DNA from: Ascidiella aspersa
Lineage: Eukaryota
Length of the DNA: 64,000 bases
Assembly (NCBI GenBank): GCA_963924565.1
Contig: OZ004609.1
Location: 7,254,001 to 7,318,000 of the forward strand
Direction: 5' to 3'
Position 1 is the stretch's first letter. Every line of letters begins with the position of its first letter. The position numbers and the translations under genes are program-made. The notes beneath the pieces are model-generated. The model saw nothing but the letters and a program-made list of their open reading frames with translations. It had not been told where the DNA came from and ran no database searches. Below are positions 40,224 to 63,360 of the stretch, one piece after another.

Positions 40224-40859
40224 CTCTAAGTGGATAATTTTTTCCAAGTCCAACAAAGTTTCAGTCTATTTAAAAGTTTAAAATATTAAACAAATACCAT
40301 CGCAGTCGATGACTCTTTTGGTGCTATAAACCGAATTTTGGGCATGGATAAATATATGGTGCTCACAAAAATGGAAGTAAAAAAGGTAACTTGGTAGAAC
40401 ATCTAATCGTGGTATGTGTGTTCGGTTTAAGAACAGCTATAAGATGATACATATCTACGAAAGCATCTTACATAATCAACCACTCGGCATTAATTAGCTA
40501 CAATTTTCTCTAGTTTCAGATTTTGTTAGGGCAAATAGTTTTCTGGTATATAGCGGGCAGTGACATTAGCATCAAATAAAGATTACGGGAATATTTAAAT
40601 TGCTGTGGCAAGGTTAAACTTTCAAAAGCGTATACGACCGAGAGAGGTCGGGGTTTAAATTTATTGATTTTATAGTAGTAATGAAAGTTTTAACTAAAAA
40701 GTAGCCATATGGTACATTTAAATCTCTCTTCTGTTTTTTTTTTGAACACTAAACATAAAAAAAGTGTAAACAACCTAAAATAAAAGCTGGCAAATAGGAG
40801 AAATTTGATTAATGAAAGAAAAATATGTAAAATTTAAACATTTCAGTTAAAACATTAAC

Positions 40860-41168
40860 TTAAGTTTAAGTCAAGTATTTTCGAATAAATAACAATTCAA
40901 GTCCCAGTCCATGTCATCAGTTGCACAAGTCAAGTTCCAGTCAAGTCATAATTAGAGCAAGTCAACTTAAAGTCACGTCCTTATCGTAAAAGTAAAACGT
41001 CAAACAAATGGAAGTATAAAACTTTTGTGTGCAAAAATTTGGATAAGTAGCTCAATTTTATTGAAAAAAGACTTAAAACACTACATTTGAACCCAAGTCA
41101 TTTGTCCGAAAGACTTAAGTCAAGAAAAGTCATTTAAGTCAAGTTACTGACTTGAGTTATTACAACAT
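40860..41168. repeat. Dispersed AAGTC/GACTT-rich repeat family (also ~4530-4975, 21820-21920, 35140-35515, 36965-37075, 49995-50095)
   Basis: Dense AAGTCAAGTC/GACTTGACTT motifs and shared blocks such as AACCCAAGTCATT, in both orientations. Confidence 0.65.
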
Positions 41169-41177
41169 CGAAAAATG

Positions 41178-41372
41178 CTAATTGAGCGAGGAAACAACAC
41201 GCGGTCGTTCGGGGTGACCGAACAGCGGAATGCCTTGCATCCTTTTGTCATCTTTCCTTTTGTAAAGGTTGTCCACGTTGATGCCGTGCAAGATCCTGCA
41301 AAGCTGGCACCATCCGCTCTTGCACTCTGCGTTCGGCATTTCGCCTTTAGCCATCGTCACCCAATCCATGTA
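41178..41372 (-). pseudogene. Gene fragment resembling the C-terminus of a GT10 alpha-1,3-fucosyltransferase
   Basis: GC-richer island encoding YMDWVTMAKGEMPNAECKSGWCQLCRILHGINVDNLY...IPLFGHPERPRVVSSLN. The Y-x-x-W...C-x-x-C-x-x-L pattern matches GT10 C-termini from memory. No start or upstream exons. Confidence 0.4.
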
Positions 41373-41411
41373 GACGATTTGAATGTGAAACTATTCCTTA
41401 TTTTGTTGAAG

Positions 41412-42975
41412 GTCGATCAGTTTTTTTCGACATGACAACCATTGCTTGTGCTCGGTATCTCGATAACTGCAATAGCACTGTTTTTTGCAAAAGTTTGGAA
41501 AACGGCATTTCAGACCTCAACATACCATCAGCTTGTGTGGATCTTAACGTAGAGTTAGTGAAAGTCGTTTGGTAATGGTTGGTCACTAAATGCTTTAGAC
41601 TGTAGCATTTACAGTAATTTTATCATTTCGGCCAATATTTTTGTTATGCCATTATCTCGACTTAGGCCTAGCGTGAATTGCTAGGTATTTGGTTTAAAAA
41701 ATTTCTGGAAATATTATAAAAAGTCTGAAGTTATGCTCCAACATACATCTAAAGATACTTTTCAAATTAGTTCGCCGCGATAAAATAATAATTTGCCTGT
41801 TGGTTTTTATGGGTTATCACGTAAGCCAGTGGTTCCCAACCTTTTTGTTGTCGCGACCCCTTTTCCAGTTTTCGAAACTTACGCGACCCTTCAAATTTGA
41901 ATTGATACATTGACTGAAGTAAATTAGAGTCACATTTGAATTGGTAAAACGATCACATTTCTCAACCGAGTGTTGTAAATTTGGTTAAACTATACGGATT
42001 AACGAAAAAAGTATACTAGCTTATAAAGGTACGATTTAAGCCTGCAATCGCCGCATTAAGATTTTTATTCGATAACACTATTTGACTAAACTTTAGTTTA
42101 ATCGTTAATGTGATGTAATAATCGTTATTGTGATGTAATAAATATGGTTCTTGTCACAACGGTTAATAGTTTTTGCTTGTGATTTCTGTCTTTAATGAGT
42201 CTGAAGATAAACATCGTACAATATAAACAATTGCAACTTGAATTATAGGTTTAAGTTTTCACTTAAAGTTCTTTAGTAAACTTAAGTGTGTACTGTTCCA
42301 AAAAAGGTTGACAAGCACTGCCGTAGGCTACCTATGATTGATACCGGGAACTCAATAGCAAGCCTACATTGTTAAAATAATATTCTCGCACTTTCTTCCT
42401 GGCAGCTCACTGTTTGAACATTCACTATCATTACAAGTTAATTTTTTAAGCTAATTAATTCGCATTCTAGCACTAGTGATTTGTATTTTTGATCGTCGTC
42501 TTCGCGACCCCCAGAGAACATGCAAACCCCCACCCGGGGGTCGCGACCTCCAGGTTGAAAACCACTGACGTAAGCAATATAACAAAAAAAAACTAATTTT
42601 TTTCTGTAAAAAATAAAAAAAAAGTTACTTTTGCTTATTTCAAAACTTTATCCTAAAATCTTTGTAAAAGCAAATAAACATAACTAGCTACTAACATAAC
42701 GTGTACCATTTTTAAATGAGCTGACAAAGCTGTCTGACAAACATCCTTACTTCCTTGTCACCAACGCACTTAAAATTCTCCTGTAACAGCCGAAAACCAA
42801 TTTTTTGCAGAAATTGTGAAACAAAATGTTGCTACTCATCGGTTTGTAACACTCCGGATTTCTCGAGAATCCACAAAAAAAAACGTGGAGCGGAGCTGAA
42901 CGAACTGCTTCACAGTGGGTTGGCTTATGTGCGATTTCTATTGGAACTGCATTCAAGTTGTATTTTTGGTCATAA
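41412..42975 (+). pseudogene. 5'-truncated duplicate of paralog C (paralog D; exons 4-5 only, frameshifted before the GPI signal)
   Basis: Exon 41412-41553 (GRSVFFDMTTIACARYLDNCNSTVFCKSLENGISDLNIPSACVDLNVE) and exon from 42811 (NCETKCCYSSVCN). The GPI tail SGAERTASQWVGLCAISIGTAFKLYFWS* is out of frame after the A9 run at 42875-42883. Homology to C starts at ~41375; I found no exons 1-3 upstream. Confidence 0.8.
41827..42567. mobile_element. hAT-type MITE inserted in the intron of paralog D
   Basis: TIR CAGTGGTTCCCAACCT / AGGTTGAAAACCACTG; perfect 8-bp TSD ACGTAAGC (41819-41826, 42568-42575). The empty site is visible in paralog C at ~48775-48785. Confidence 0.9.
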
Positions 42976-45329
42976 ATTAAGGCCCAGTGGTGTCCAGTGT
43001 ATGTTTTGCTCCGCGTTTAATATAAACCATGTATGTATGTAAATGTCAAGAACACCTTTTCGCTTTGAGATTGTTTCTGGTAAAATAAAAAATTAAACGA
43101 CTCACCCAGGATTATCGTGTTGTCGTCAGGAAAAGATAACGTCTAACTCTAATACAAGGTAATACGTACATTCGACAAAACAGAAAAATATCGCTTTTTA
43201 CGCAAAGAATTACACAACGACGCAATATAATTTCATTAAGTCCGCAAAGTGTTTACGAGATAAAACTATACCAACGCGTTATGTGCATTGTAAGATGGAA
43301 TTTGAAATACACGACAAAAAATGTAAAATCAAGTCGTCAGTATTAAAAGATACATGAATCTAAGGGGCAAACTCATTAACATTGAAATAATTTTTAAATT
43401 AGCTGAAGTGGAACATTAATTGTTATCACTGACCTCGCCTAATTAACAAATTATTCCCTAAAAGCATTTACAATGATATACAGTAGGCCTCTATTAAAGA
43501 ATTACAAAATAACATGTAACATTATGAAACAGCCTTTTCCTTATACCGATCATGTTGCTTATTATAACTCAGAAGGAAACCATTCTCATTTTATGTTTAT
43601 TTTAACGAAATAGCAAATAACAATAATAAAGTGGGCTAAAGGCTACAGGCCAAAGTGCTTTAAAAGTGTGGAAAAGCCACGTTGAAAATGCAAAAGTGCA
43701 TTAAATAATCCTATATCTATACAGCCAGCGTACGCTAATAATCTGACCAAGGTCGGGTTGTATGTCAGCAGGGCTGCGGAGTCGGACTCGGGACTCGGGA
43801 CTCGGGACTCAAGTATGACCACGTAAAACTACTCTGGAGTACCGAGTCTGACGTGCGCATGCGCAGTATGAAATTTCGAAACTGATTGTGCCGCAATGTG
43901 TAAATTATAAAGGTGGAATAGCACATGGTCGAATATTTTCCAACAATGTATTGTGAGTGAATAAATTTTACGACACCTTTAAACTTGTATGAGTGTTTTG
44001 TGTATTTCAATTTCAATAACTATTGATTTTCGGCTGTTCACACGAATTGTTGGTGTGCTTAGTGAACGTATATGCCACCCACTATTACAAACTAAAACAT
44101 TCAAACGCTGTTTTAATATTTGGGTTAGTCTGATAAAAGCTCTCAAGGCATGAAAGCCTCCTGGTTTACATATGTCTAATAAAGATAACCAAGAAAGACT
44201 TCATGTATGAGATACAAGACTTTAGGCCAAAATATTAAAACTGAGTGAACTGGCAGATTTTGTGATTGGGCAATATACCTGCGAATTCGGTCTTGTATCT
44301 CACACATGTCTTGCTTCTGTAGAGGCCACACACCGGTAATTTTGATAAAAAAAGAATGTTTTCGCGTCAGGTTCAATGTTTGGGAACTTTTGGAACGGTT
44401 ATGTTTACGTTAGAAATGTCGTATCAAAATTTAATGGCTTGCAACAGATTTGAATTTTTGCATAGTTTTAGTTTGCCTAGCGTCAAGAAATAAAAAAGAT
44501 TAAACGATCTGCTTTTATTACTATTTAACACTTCTGTTCCTCGAGAGACTGTCAAGTATACGGCGAAACTTTTTATAATTTCGTAAATGAGAGTATTTGT
44601 ATTAATAGGCATACACCCAGCTTTTTAGACTCAAATAAACACTATTCAATACAAATTATAATATTGAGACATTTACATACAGTTTGTTGTGTTAAGGGTG
44701 ATTGTAAATTTACTATATTGTTGTTCTGTTAAAAGAGTGCCGCAAAATATTTAAGATTTTTTTAGTGTGCCACGGGCCAAAAAGTTTGGGAATCACTGCT
44801 TTAAACCATACATAGCAAGAAAAAAATCTCATCAATTGGTAAAATGTCGCACCGCCCAATAGGTTTCATGTTGCATATTACAATTAAGGTAGGTTGACAT
44901 TAAGAATGAATGGATTACGAGTAACATTTGTATCAATCGCCCAAAAAGGGTCATTATATAATGTGCAGTATTTTCGATATTTTCACATTTGCCTTTTACA
45001 CTATTTTTTAATAAATGGACCAACTGAAATCCAAAATTCACTATGAACAATAGAACACAATTCTTATCATTGTAAACTCCTCAGCACATTTAGAGTATTA
45101 ACTAGCACTTTTTGGTGGTAAGCGTGTACAAAGGAAGTCGATACAGTCTCAACGGTCAAACGTCTTTACCAAGATGATGTCGATTTACTCGATCTGTGGT
45201 GATTTAATATATGTCATCAAACAGGTAGAGAAACGTATTTATCAAGATGGGATCCGGTATAGCTTATTCACATCCGTATTATATTCGGGATATAACTAAT
45301 ATGATTTTACTCGTTTGGTAATTTTTTGA

Positions 45330-45515
45330 ACCGTGATGTTCAGGTGCGCTCTTCTTGTATCTCTGCCAGCATTGCTAAACTGTATTATGACCTTGTGGTG
45401 GGACATATTGTTTTAATAGTACTATGTTGTATTCCAGGTGTGATTAGCAATAGGTTTTATCATTTGTTACAGTCGCCAGGTTTAACAATGGATTACATCG
45501 CATAATCAAACATTT
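45330..45515. repeat. Dispersed repeat, second copy at ~53815-53990
   Basis: Shared GTGATGT.CA.GTGC.CTCTTC...GTGGTGGGAC...AGGTTTTATCA.TTGTTA.AGTCGCCAG. Confidence 0.65.
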
Positions 45516-46367
45516 TTTGTTTAGGCTTTTAGAAATAAACGTGAAAACCACACTTATAACTGCGAACGACAGCTCACCGTCGGAGATGCAGTAGGCTAAT
45601 TCGCATTGCAACTACACAGCCTAAAGGCCGACCTTGGCAATATAGTAAAAGGTTAAACTTTGGCATGGGGAGAAGTTCAAGATAAGAATTGGCACGTCGG
45701 CATGGTCGAGTTGGACACCCCTGTGATAAAGTAATTCGCAATTATAGTTTTATATAAAATTTCTTGAAAACAGCAATTTTGGAATAAAACTAAAAGATAA
45801 CAAAAAGATATCGTTTGATTTTTGTGTTTCAAACGTTTTGTTTTTGACTTGTTTCCGTTGTAATCATTATTTTTTTCTCAATTTTTATTTTCTAAACTAC
45901 ATGTAAAAATATTTGCAATAAACCAGTCGTTTTCTTATAACCGGACTGACAAGAGCTGTAGATACCATAACAAGATGAAAAGGAAAAGTACAGAAAATAA
46001 AACTTCAACACGGAATTTTACAAGTAGCGCGATTTGAAAGTTCAATTTGCATCGTGATGTGCAAGCGTCACGCGCATTGAGGTAATTTTGCGTAATCAGA
46101 GAAAAGAACGAGACGCATAAAACGTGTCACGCTGAAAAGTTATTATTGTTGCAGCAGTAAGAGTCAATAGCAGAGTCAATAGCAAGAGTTTAAATCATGC
46201 ATTACGGAGTCCGCAGATTTTTTAGGATATTTCTCAACACTGTTGACTAAATCGTTGTTGATTCACAGTTCATTGTTTGTTGCATTCCAGAATCTATAGA
46301 CAACTCATCACTTTGTTTGACATACTGGAAAGATTAAACTTGAAAACCTAAAAAATAAAGTTGAACA

Positions 46368-49053
46368 ATGAAGGTTTGGTTGAGTTTTTTCTGCTTGTTC
46401 TCATTGCTCGCCTGCGCAATGGCTGTTATTTGCAATTTGGGCAAAAAAAACTACCTTAGGCAGAGTGTTGTACTTTTTTGGTGCCCAGACTCATGCTTGA
46501 GAGCCGACTACATGATGCACAGCACAATGCTCGGTAAGGCTTTGACTTACCGTATGTAGATGGCGCTATTTTGCTGTTCTTTCGCAGTGTTATAAGTGCA
46601 AAGAGGGAACTTTTGCTACTAAAGCGTTAAAATGTTTACATCTTATAACTCTAAAAAAAATTAAGTGGGATAGTCTCGAGCCTTGTTAAGACAAGCCTAT
46701 TTCTTCCTTTAGGGGAAATAAATCCTGTTTCTTATGTTCACAATCAAGCTACCTTATTTCGTTACAAATTACGTTCCAACTTAGTTTGCTTTCAATGTTA
46801 TAAAATTAGGAAAAATCCATTACAAACTTCGACCTGAAACAATTATAATACCAATCGTGTCAATGTTTATTTCAGGTAAATCTACATATTTTCGACAATC
46901 CGATTTTAGGTGCGGCAGTCGTAGTTCATGCATTGATAAGGTGGCCGCATGCAGCAAAATCATCAACAACATCGTAAGTTTGTCATCATTCATCAGAACG
47001 ACAGCAAGGTAAGCTGTTTACAAAAAACTAGATGTTGCTTCCCTAGCCCCCGCTGAAAACATTAGACAACAAAACAACTATTACAATTACCTTCAGAAAA
47101 AGGTCACATCTCCAAATATAGAAAGAATTTAAAAAAATAAATACGTTATTTTTTTTAAGAGACTGGACACTGGCCTACGAAATTTGATAACAATGGAGAC
47201 TCTGAAACCATGTGTTACGTAGCTTAGTGCATTGACATAAAATGACCCTGACGCCCAGTTTGAACATCAAACAATGGTGGCTAATTTCCCCTGGTCAGAT
47301 AAGATGAAAATTTTTTGGATTATATATCGACCCTATATGACACAACTAAGTTGAGAAACATTTAAACGTTTTAGATATTTCACTTTTTTGCTTAAAAAAG
47401 GGATACTATGATGAAAAATATCTTTTGTAAGCAAATCAGATGCCGATGAAATCACTTTTGAAAGCAATAATGACTCGTTTGTCATTGATTCTAGCTAGTC
47501 CATTTGTAGACAGGGTCATCTATGGTAAAATCCGGGGCAAAGTTTTCTTTGGCATGTTGTTGTTATTCAATAATGATTTCTATGCAATCAAATTCTTCCA
47601 TAGGTCGATTTGTAAGTCTCTTAATACAACTCTTAGTGTAAGATTACTACGATCAATGAAATTACTCTTTCCTATTACCTAAAGTTGGTTTATGTTATTT
47701 CAGTTCCGTTTGTTGTGTCATTACAGTACCGTTACACACTGAACGAAAATCCTGGAAGGACTATCGTAATCTATATATTAATTCCGGGTGGGGTGCCGTA
47801 AGCCATAAAGTTTCGGCACCACTACAGTATAAAATCGGAGCGAAAACGCTCAACCGCTTTTCTCTTTGCTAAACGCTCAACCGCTTTCAGTGACTGTATT
47901 GCGACCTGTTGCTCAACAAACGGTTGTAATTTACCCGAGGGAGAATACACGGTCAGCAGCAACCCATCAAGAACCACCGTCCATTATTGGCTTATAAATC
48001 CGCCCACCGTCCAGTCCACCACCCAGTCCACCTCCAGCACCAGCATAGCAGTAACCAGCAACGAAACGCCGGTAATAGGCCGACTCTCGAGATGCCACAA
48101 AGGCACGCTAAGCGTCCACCAGCAGTCGTTTACGACCATTCCTTGCACGACCGCTTGCCTGACCAACGAGGTCAACGTCACCGGGAAAGTTGAAGGTAAT
48201 CATTCGCATGGCTGCGGACGACATTTAAAACAGTGGTTAAAGTTAGACGACACGGTTCGAAAAATATTTTTTATCGTTCTAGTGAGAAAATTATTCTGTT
48301 TTCACCCCTGGTTTAAAACAACCCGATCAAATCAAGTTCGTTTTGTAAATTAAAGATGTTGCTCAATTATTGGTATTTTTGCGATTCGAATGTGAAACGT
48401 TTCCTTATTTTGTTTAAGGGCGGTCAGTGGTTTTCGACATGACAACATTTGCCTGTGCTCGGTCTCTCGATTACTGCAATAGCACTCTTTCTTGCAAAAC
48501 TTTGGAAAACGGCATTTCAGACCTCAACATACCATCAGCTTCGGACCTTAATGTAAAGTAAGTGAAAGGGCTTTATGCTGTAGTATCTACAGTAATGTTG
48601 GTAATCCGGCCAATATTTTTTTATTCCTGTCTCGACTTAGGCCTAACGCGAAAGGAAAACTTGTAAAAGTCTAAAGTTATGCTTCAAACATAGCCTACAT
48701 CTAAAGATAGGCTACTTTTCAAATTAATTTGCCGCGATAAAACAATAATTTGCCGGTTGGTATTTATGGGTTATTACCTGAGCAATATAACAAACTAAAA
48801 CTAAATTTTTCACATAAAAAAATAAATATTTTTGTTCAAAACTTTAGCACTCACTCATACACGCCGAATATAACAGCCCAATTTTTTCTACAGAAATTGC
48901 GAAACAAAATGTTGCCTCTCATCGGATTGTAACACTCGGGATCTGTCGAGAACTTACAATATGGAGAGCGGAGCTGAACGAAGTGCTTCACAGTGGGTTG
49001 GCTTATGTGCGATTTCTATTCTAACTGCATTCAAGTTGTATTTTCAGTCATAA
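46368..49053 (+). CDS. Two-domain Ly6/uPAR-like GPI-anchored protein, paralog C; ~300 aa, intact
   Basis: Exons 46368-46533, 46876-47008, 47891-48195, 48419-48557 and 48894-49053 (903 nt, open). MKVWLSFFCLFSLLACAMAVICNLG...DCIATCCSTNGCN, T/S/P linker, RCHKG...NCETKCCLSSDCN, then ESGA (small residues, omega-like) and hydrophobic tail WVGLCAISILTAFKLYFQS*. Confidence 0.88.
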
Positions 49054-50521
49054 ATTAAGGTCGAATGGACTGTCAAGTGTATATTTTGCTCCACGTTTAT
49101 ATAAACCATGTATGTATGTAAATGTCAAGAACACCTTTTCGCTTTGAGATTGTTTCTGGTAAAATAAAATGTTATACTATACTTACTTACGTGTATCGTG
49201 TTTTCTCCAGGAAAAGAGATCGTTAATGCAATACAAGTTAATAGGCCTACATGTTTTAGGTGCAAACGGAAATTGTCGCTTTTAACACAAAAAAATCCAC
49301 AACCCAATATAATTTCATTAAATCGGCAAAGTGCTTTTGATAAAACACTATACCAACGGGCTGTGTGAAAAGCAAAATGCGTTTTAAATTAAAACACACA
49401 AAAAAATTGAAATATATTCTCTTCCATTTGATTCAAAAAAATTTGGATGTCGTATGCTTGCTGTGTGTTTAAAGGTTCTCTATTTCAAATAGTTGAACTA
49501 TATTCTAAAATTTTACGTCACTACTTAAAAAAACGTCGGGGCGTTTTTATCTTAAGGGTATGATTATAATAATATATACGATATCTTTTGATTAAAAAAA
49601 ATGGTTTGGTTTACTATGTCAGCTGCTTGTTTAAAAAGGTTTTTTTTACTTCAAAAAGTTCAACAATTTTCTGACGTCTTTTCACTAATTAAAAAAACAG
49701 CACGCTAGGGAATGAAAAACGTTGCGGCGTTTCAGTGTTCTAATGAATTTAGTCATTTGGGAAAAATATCTTATCTGAAGTCTTTTGGGGAAATACTTCC
49801 ACTGAAGTCTGTCGGGCAAATGACTTTGGTTAAAATAAGGTGCTTTCATTACGCATATTTTAAATACGGTTATGTATCTTTGTTTTATAATTTGTTTAGT
49901 TGTTGCCTGTTTTGTTATATTTTAGTTGCGGTATGGATCGTAATCGAGCTAGTTCACCAATTTAAGTAGTTTAAATTAACGTTTACTTTTATGGAATGGA
50001 GTTGACTTGCATTGTAACTTGACTGGGACTTGACTCGCGGCCTATTGAAAAAGACTTGACTTGAAGTTATTTTACTCATGACTTGACTGAGTATTAGTTA
50101 TTTTAAGGTTGTAGACGTCCACTTCGGAAATTTAGAGAAAAAAGAAGAAAGATCAGACACGGGTTTATTTTAGTTGGAAGAAGACGGTGAAAGTCGCACA
50201 GCGGCGAACAAAAAAACAAAACAAGATTTTGAAGGCAGCAGGAAAAGGGGGCCGAGTCGTAGAAAAAATACAAAACAACACGTTGTCAGGGGGGGAGAAA
50301 GTACAAAAATGGTGGGGCGGGGGGCAAGCGTTGAGCCTTCACAGTTGTCGATGACGGAGCCGTTAAAAAAGTGAGATTCCAACAAACGAAAGAGCGAGAA
50401 ATCCTCAGAAGTTTTTTTGGCAAAATTTTGTCGTACAGCACTCTTCCGTGTGCTATGAGGAGAGGGCATTTCGCGCGGGCGAATCGCACAAAAATGAAAG
50501 GGGGTGTGTTGATGTGCGTTT

Positions 50522-60665
<10,144 letters not shown>

Positions 60666-60873
60666 TTCAGTTTTTTTACGTTGAAATCACATAAAAGCTT
60701 AAATCCAAGCTACATCCGAGGCTAAATAAGCTTAACAGAACTTCCCAGACATAATAGCTAGCGAACTTTTGTGTAAATGACTTCTTCGCGGCCGTTACAA
60801 TTCACCTCAAAAGGCGCCTGTTCAATTTAAGTCAAGCCAGTCATTCAAAGTTTCGGTCGTCGCTTCAAAATAA

Positions 60874-60917
60874 TGACGTCAGCATTCTTTTCAGCTGTCG
60901 TTTGACGCATGACGTCA
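60874..60917. promoter_or_regulatory. Two full CRE/ATF palindromes upstream of the DAPK start
   Basis: TGACGTCA at 60874-60881 and 60910-60917, ~210-250 bp upstream of the ATG. Confidence 0.4.
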
Positions 60918-61453
60918 TGTTTAGATATGGCTGTAGTCATCGGCCGAGGAAATCGTAGGAAGGTATTTCAATTGATGTCGCTTCGCAAACAACTTTCATT
61001 TGGAGCACTATATATAGCTAAATTACGCAAAATATTATAAGTATTAGCGGAATGTGATACTATTGACATATTGTTATACAGAGTAGGCTATTTTTGTTTT
61101 TATATGTTTAAAATATTTACGCCTGTGCAGTCTTAACACTAGATGTTTGATACTTAGTACATTACTTTATTTCAATTCCGACATTTGAAATAGCCTAAAT
61201 CCACAACCGACCGATCCATGCAATACCAAATGACGTAGGCTACCTATAGTATTAAGCTAGGTATCGTTTTCCAACTTTAGACCCAATTTTTTTAGCTTTG
61301 AGAAGTTTCGTTGCGTTGGATTACTATAGCCTACTGCAATACTTTGTGGGGAAGTTGGATTACTATAGCCTACTGCAATACTTTGTGGGGAAGTTTTTCT
61401 TCTTTTTGTCGTATTTAAAACTATTGCTGAAATGTTCCTAAAAAATATACAGA

Positions 61454-61644
61454 CCGGGCTGCGGAGTCGGACACGGCACTCACCCGAGTTACTAAATGAA
61501 TTATGAAATTAAGTGGAGTTCTGAATATTCACAGTATTTAGTAACGTCAATTGGAGGAATACATGATGTAGAGTCTTATCCGCTCTCAACAAATCGTACA
61601 TTTGGCCGGAGTCGGGTTTCATTTTAACAGACTCCTCAGACTTG
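61454..61644. mobile_element. Short TIR element of the (C)AGGGCTGCGGAGTCGG family; a second end lies at 43769-43820
   Basis: GGGCTGCGGAGTCGGAC start and a degenerate inverted end GACTCCTCAGACTTGG. The same start occurs at 43769, followed by GGACTCG repeats. Confidence 0.5.
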
Positions 61645-62947
61645 GTGAATATCAGCTTACACATAGCCTAATATTGTTTTTGCAAGCATACCTATAGTTT
61701 AGAATTTAAACTTTTTAGGATCAAAACGTTAGGACTTCCACTACCGTACAGGTTTATTTCGGTTTTTGACAACAGATAAAGAAAACAATTTATTTTTTTC
61801 TGTCATAAAAAATAACTTATTGAACCACAAAATTGTTGTGCAACGAAAAAAAAGTTAAGACACACTGATAACCTACAAAGACTATAACAAAACCACCTCG
61901 CACTTTAGGCTATTATCTATTTTTAAATCCAAAATATAGCCTACACCAGTGGTTCTAATTACCTTTCTGCCGCGCCCCCCTTTGGTGGTAATTTTCTCAT
62001 GCCTTGCCCCCCTATGAAAAGCATTTCGACAATTTTCAATTAAATATTACTGAGACAACATGAAAGTAGTGAAGGGTATTATTAATTGTTGGTCGCGCGA
62101 AGCGCGAAAAAAATTGAGTTTTATTTGGTCGAATTGGCTAAACTGCTACTCGGGAGGCGTTTCGCATTGGGCACACAACAAATTGCGCGAGCTCGACACA
62201 TTGATTTTGTCGAGCTGATTTTGAAAAACGTGTTGCGAGGGCATTGACTCCACAGTTGTAAGATTGTTTGATGTCGAGCGCAAAAAATGTCAAGCGCAAA
62301 TATTAAACATTGCGTTATCGTGTTTCAAAAGATGTAACGACACACAATGCAACGGCAATATTGCAAAAACAATATAGTTTTGCGCAAAAAAATGTCGACT
62401 CCCCGAAAGGGCGATAACTTTTATCGTTTATCCATAAGTTAATTACATAGTGCGGTGATACTGCGATGTTGTCAAAAGGAGTTAGAAGATTGGCGTGCAG
62501 CGCGAAAATTTTTTGCAGTTTTAATGTTAAAGTTGGCAAAAAACAGAGTTTGTATGTAGAAATTATGCCTAACCCAAACGAAACCATTAAAATCACTGCA
62601 AAAACTTAAAAGATTGAAGTCGAGCTCGCGCCCCTTACAATTGCTATGCGCCCCCCAACGGTTCTAGTAACTTCAATATGCGGTCCGCAAAGTATTTTGT
62701 TGTTTTTGCGGCCCTTGTACCATTTTAGGTTGGCGACTCTTTTACTATTTTAAGTTGTGCAGGTTACTGTTGGTCTGAAACTATAGGATCACCCCTTAAT
62801 CAGTGGTAACTTGAATACATTCGCGACACACAACTTATAATAAATACCGTACAAAAAATGTTAAGAAAATATTGTGCACTGTGAGTTAACTCATTGGGTA
62901 CAGGCAAGCAATGGTGTATTGGTTGTTTCTCGCCTTGTTAACCTCTG

Positions 62948-63020
62948 GTCTTCAATAGCTCAGCTAATAGAGCGACGGCCCACTATAACCGGAGGTCTTG
63001 AGGTGGAATCTCAATGCAGG
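62948..63020 (+). pseudogene. Degenerate tRNA-like sequence or SINE head
   Basis: A-box-like TAGCTCAGCTAATAGAGC and degenerate B-box GGTGGAATCTC at tRNA spacing; the invariant GG and TTC are missing. Confidence 0.35.
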
Positions 63021-63220
63021 CTGTTTTTTAAGCCTGCCTTGCTTGCTTATATAATGCATGTAGTATATTAAATATAGTGTACTCGAAAACGTAAGCACTG
63101 GTTAGCCTATAATATTTGTAACAACAATAAAAAGCAATGACAAGCAATGTGCTAAGTACAATGAAATAAAAGAAAGAATATAAGAAAATGAAAATATAAA
63201 CTAAAAGTATAAATATATGT

Positions 63221-63360
63221 TCAATTTTTAATCAGTAATATGTTATTTCCGAAATCTATAAAATCCGCCAGAGGTGTATCACGGCCGACACGATATAGAT
63301 TATTATATTTCGTCACAATCCGACCTTGGCCTCCTGCAAGACGCAACGTTGCATCTAAGC
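63221..63360 (-). CDS. Possible terminal exon of an unidentified gene entering from the right
   Basis: Acceptor TTTATTTGCAG followed by an open frame GLDATLRLAGGQGRIVTKYNNLYRVGRDTPLADFIDFGNNILLIKN* and AT-rich UTR-like sequence. No convincing upstream exon was identified. Confidence 0.3.

Larger units (their letters stand above)
41375..43330. repeat. Segmental duplicate of ~48382-49400
   Basis: Colinear high similarity across exon 4, intron 4, exon 5, 3'UTR and downstream flank. Confidence 0.88.
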
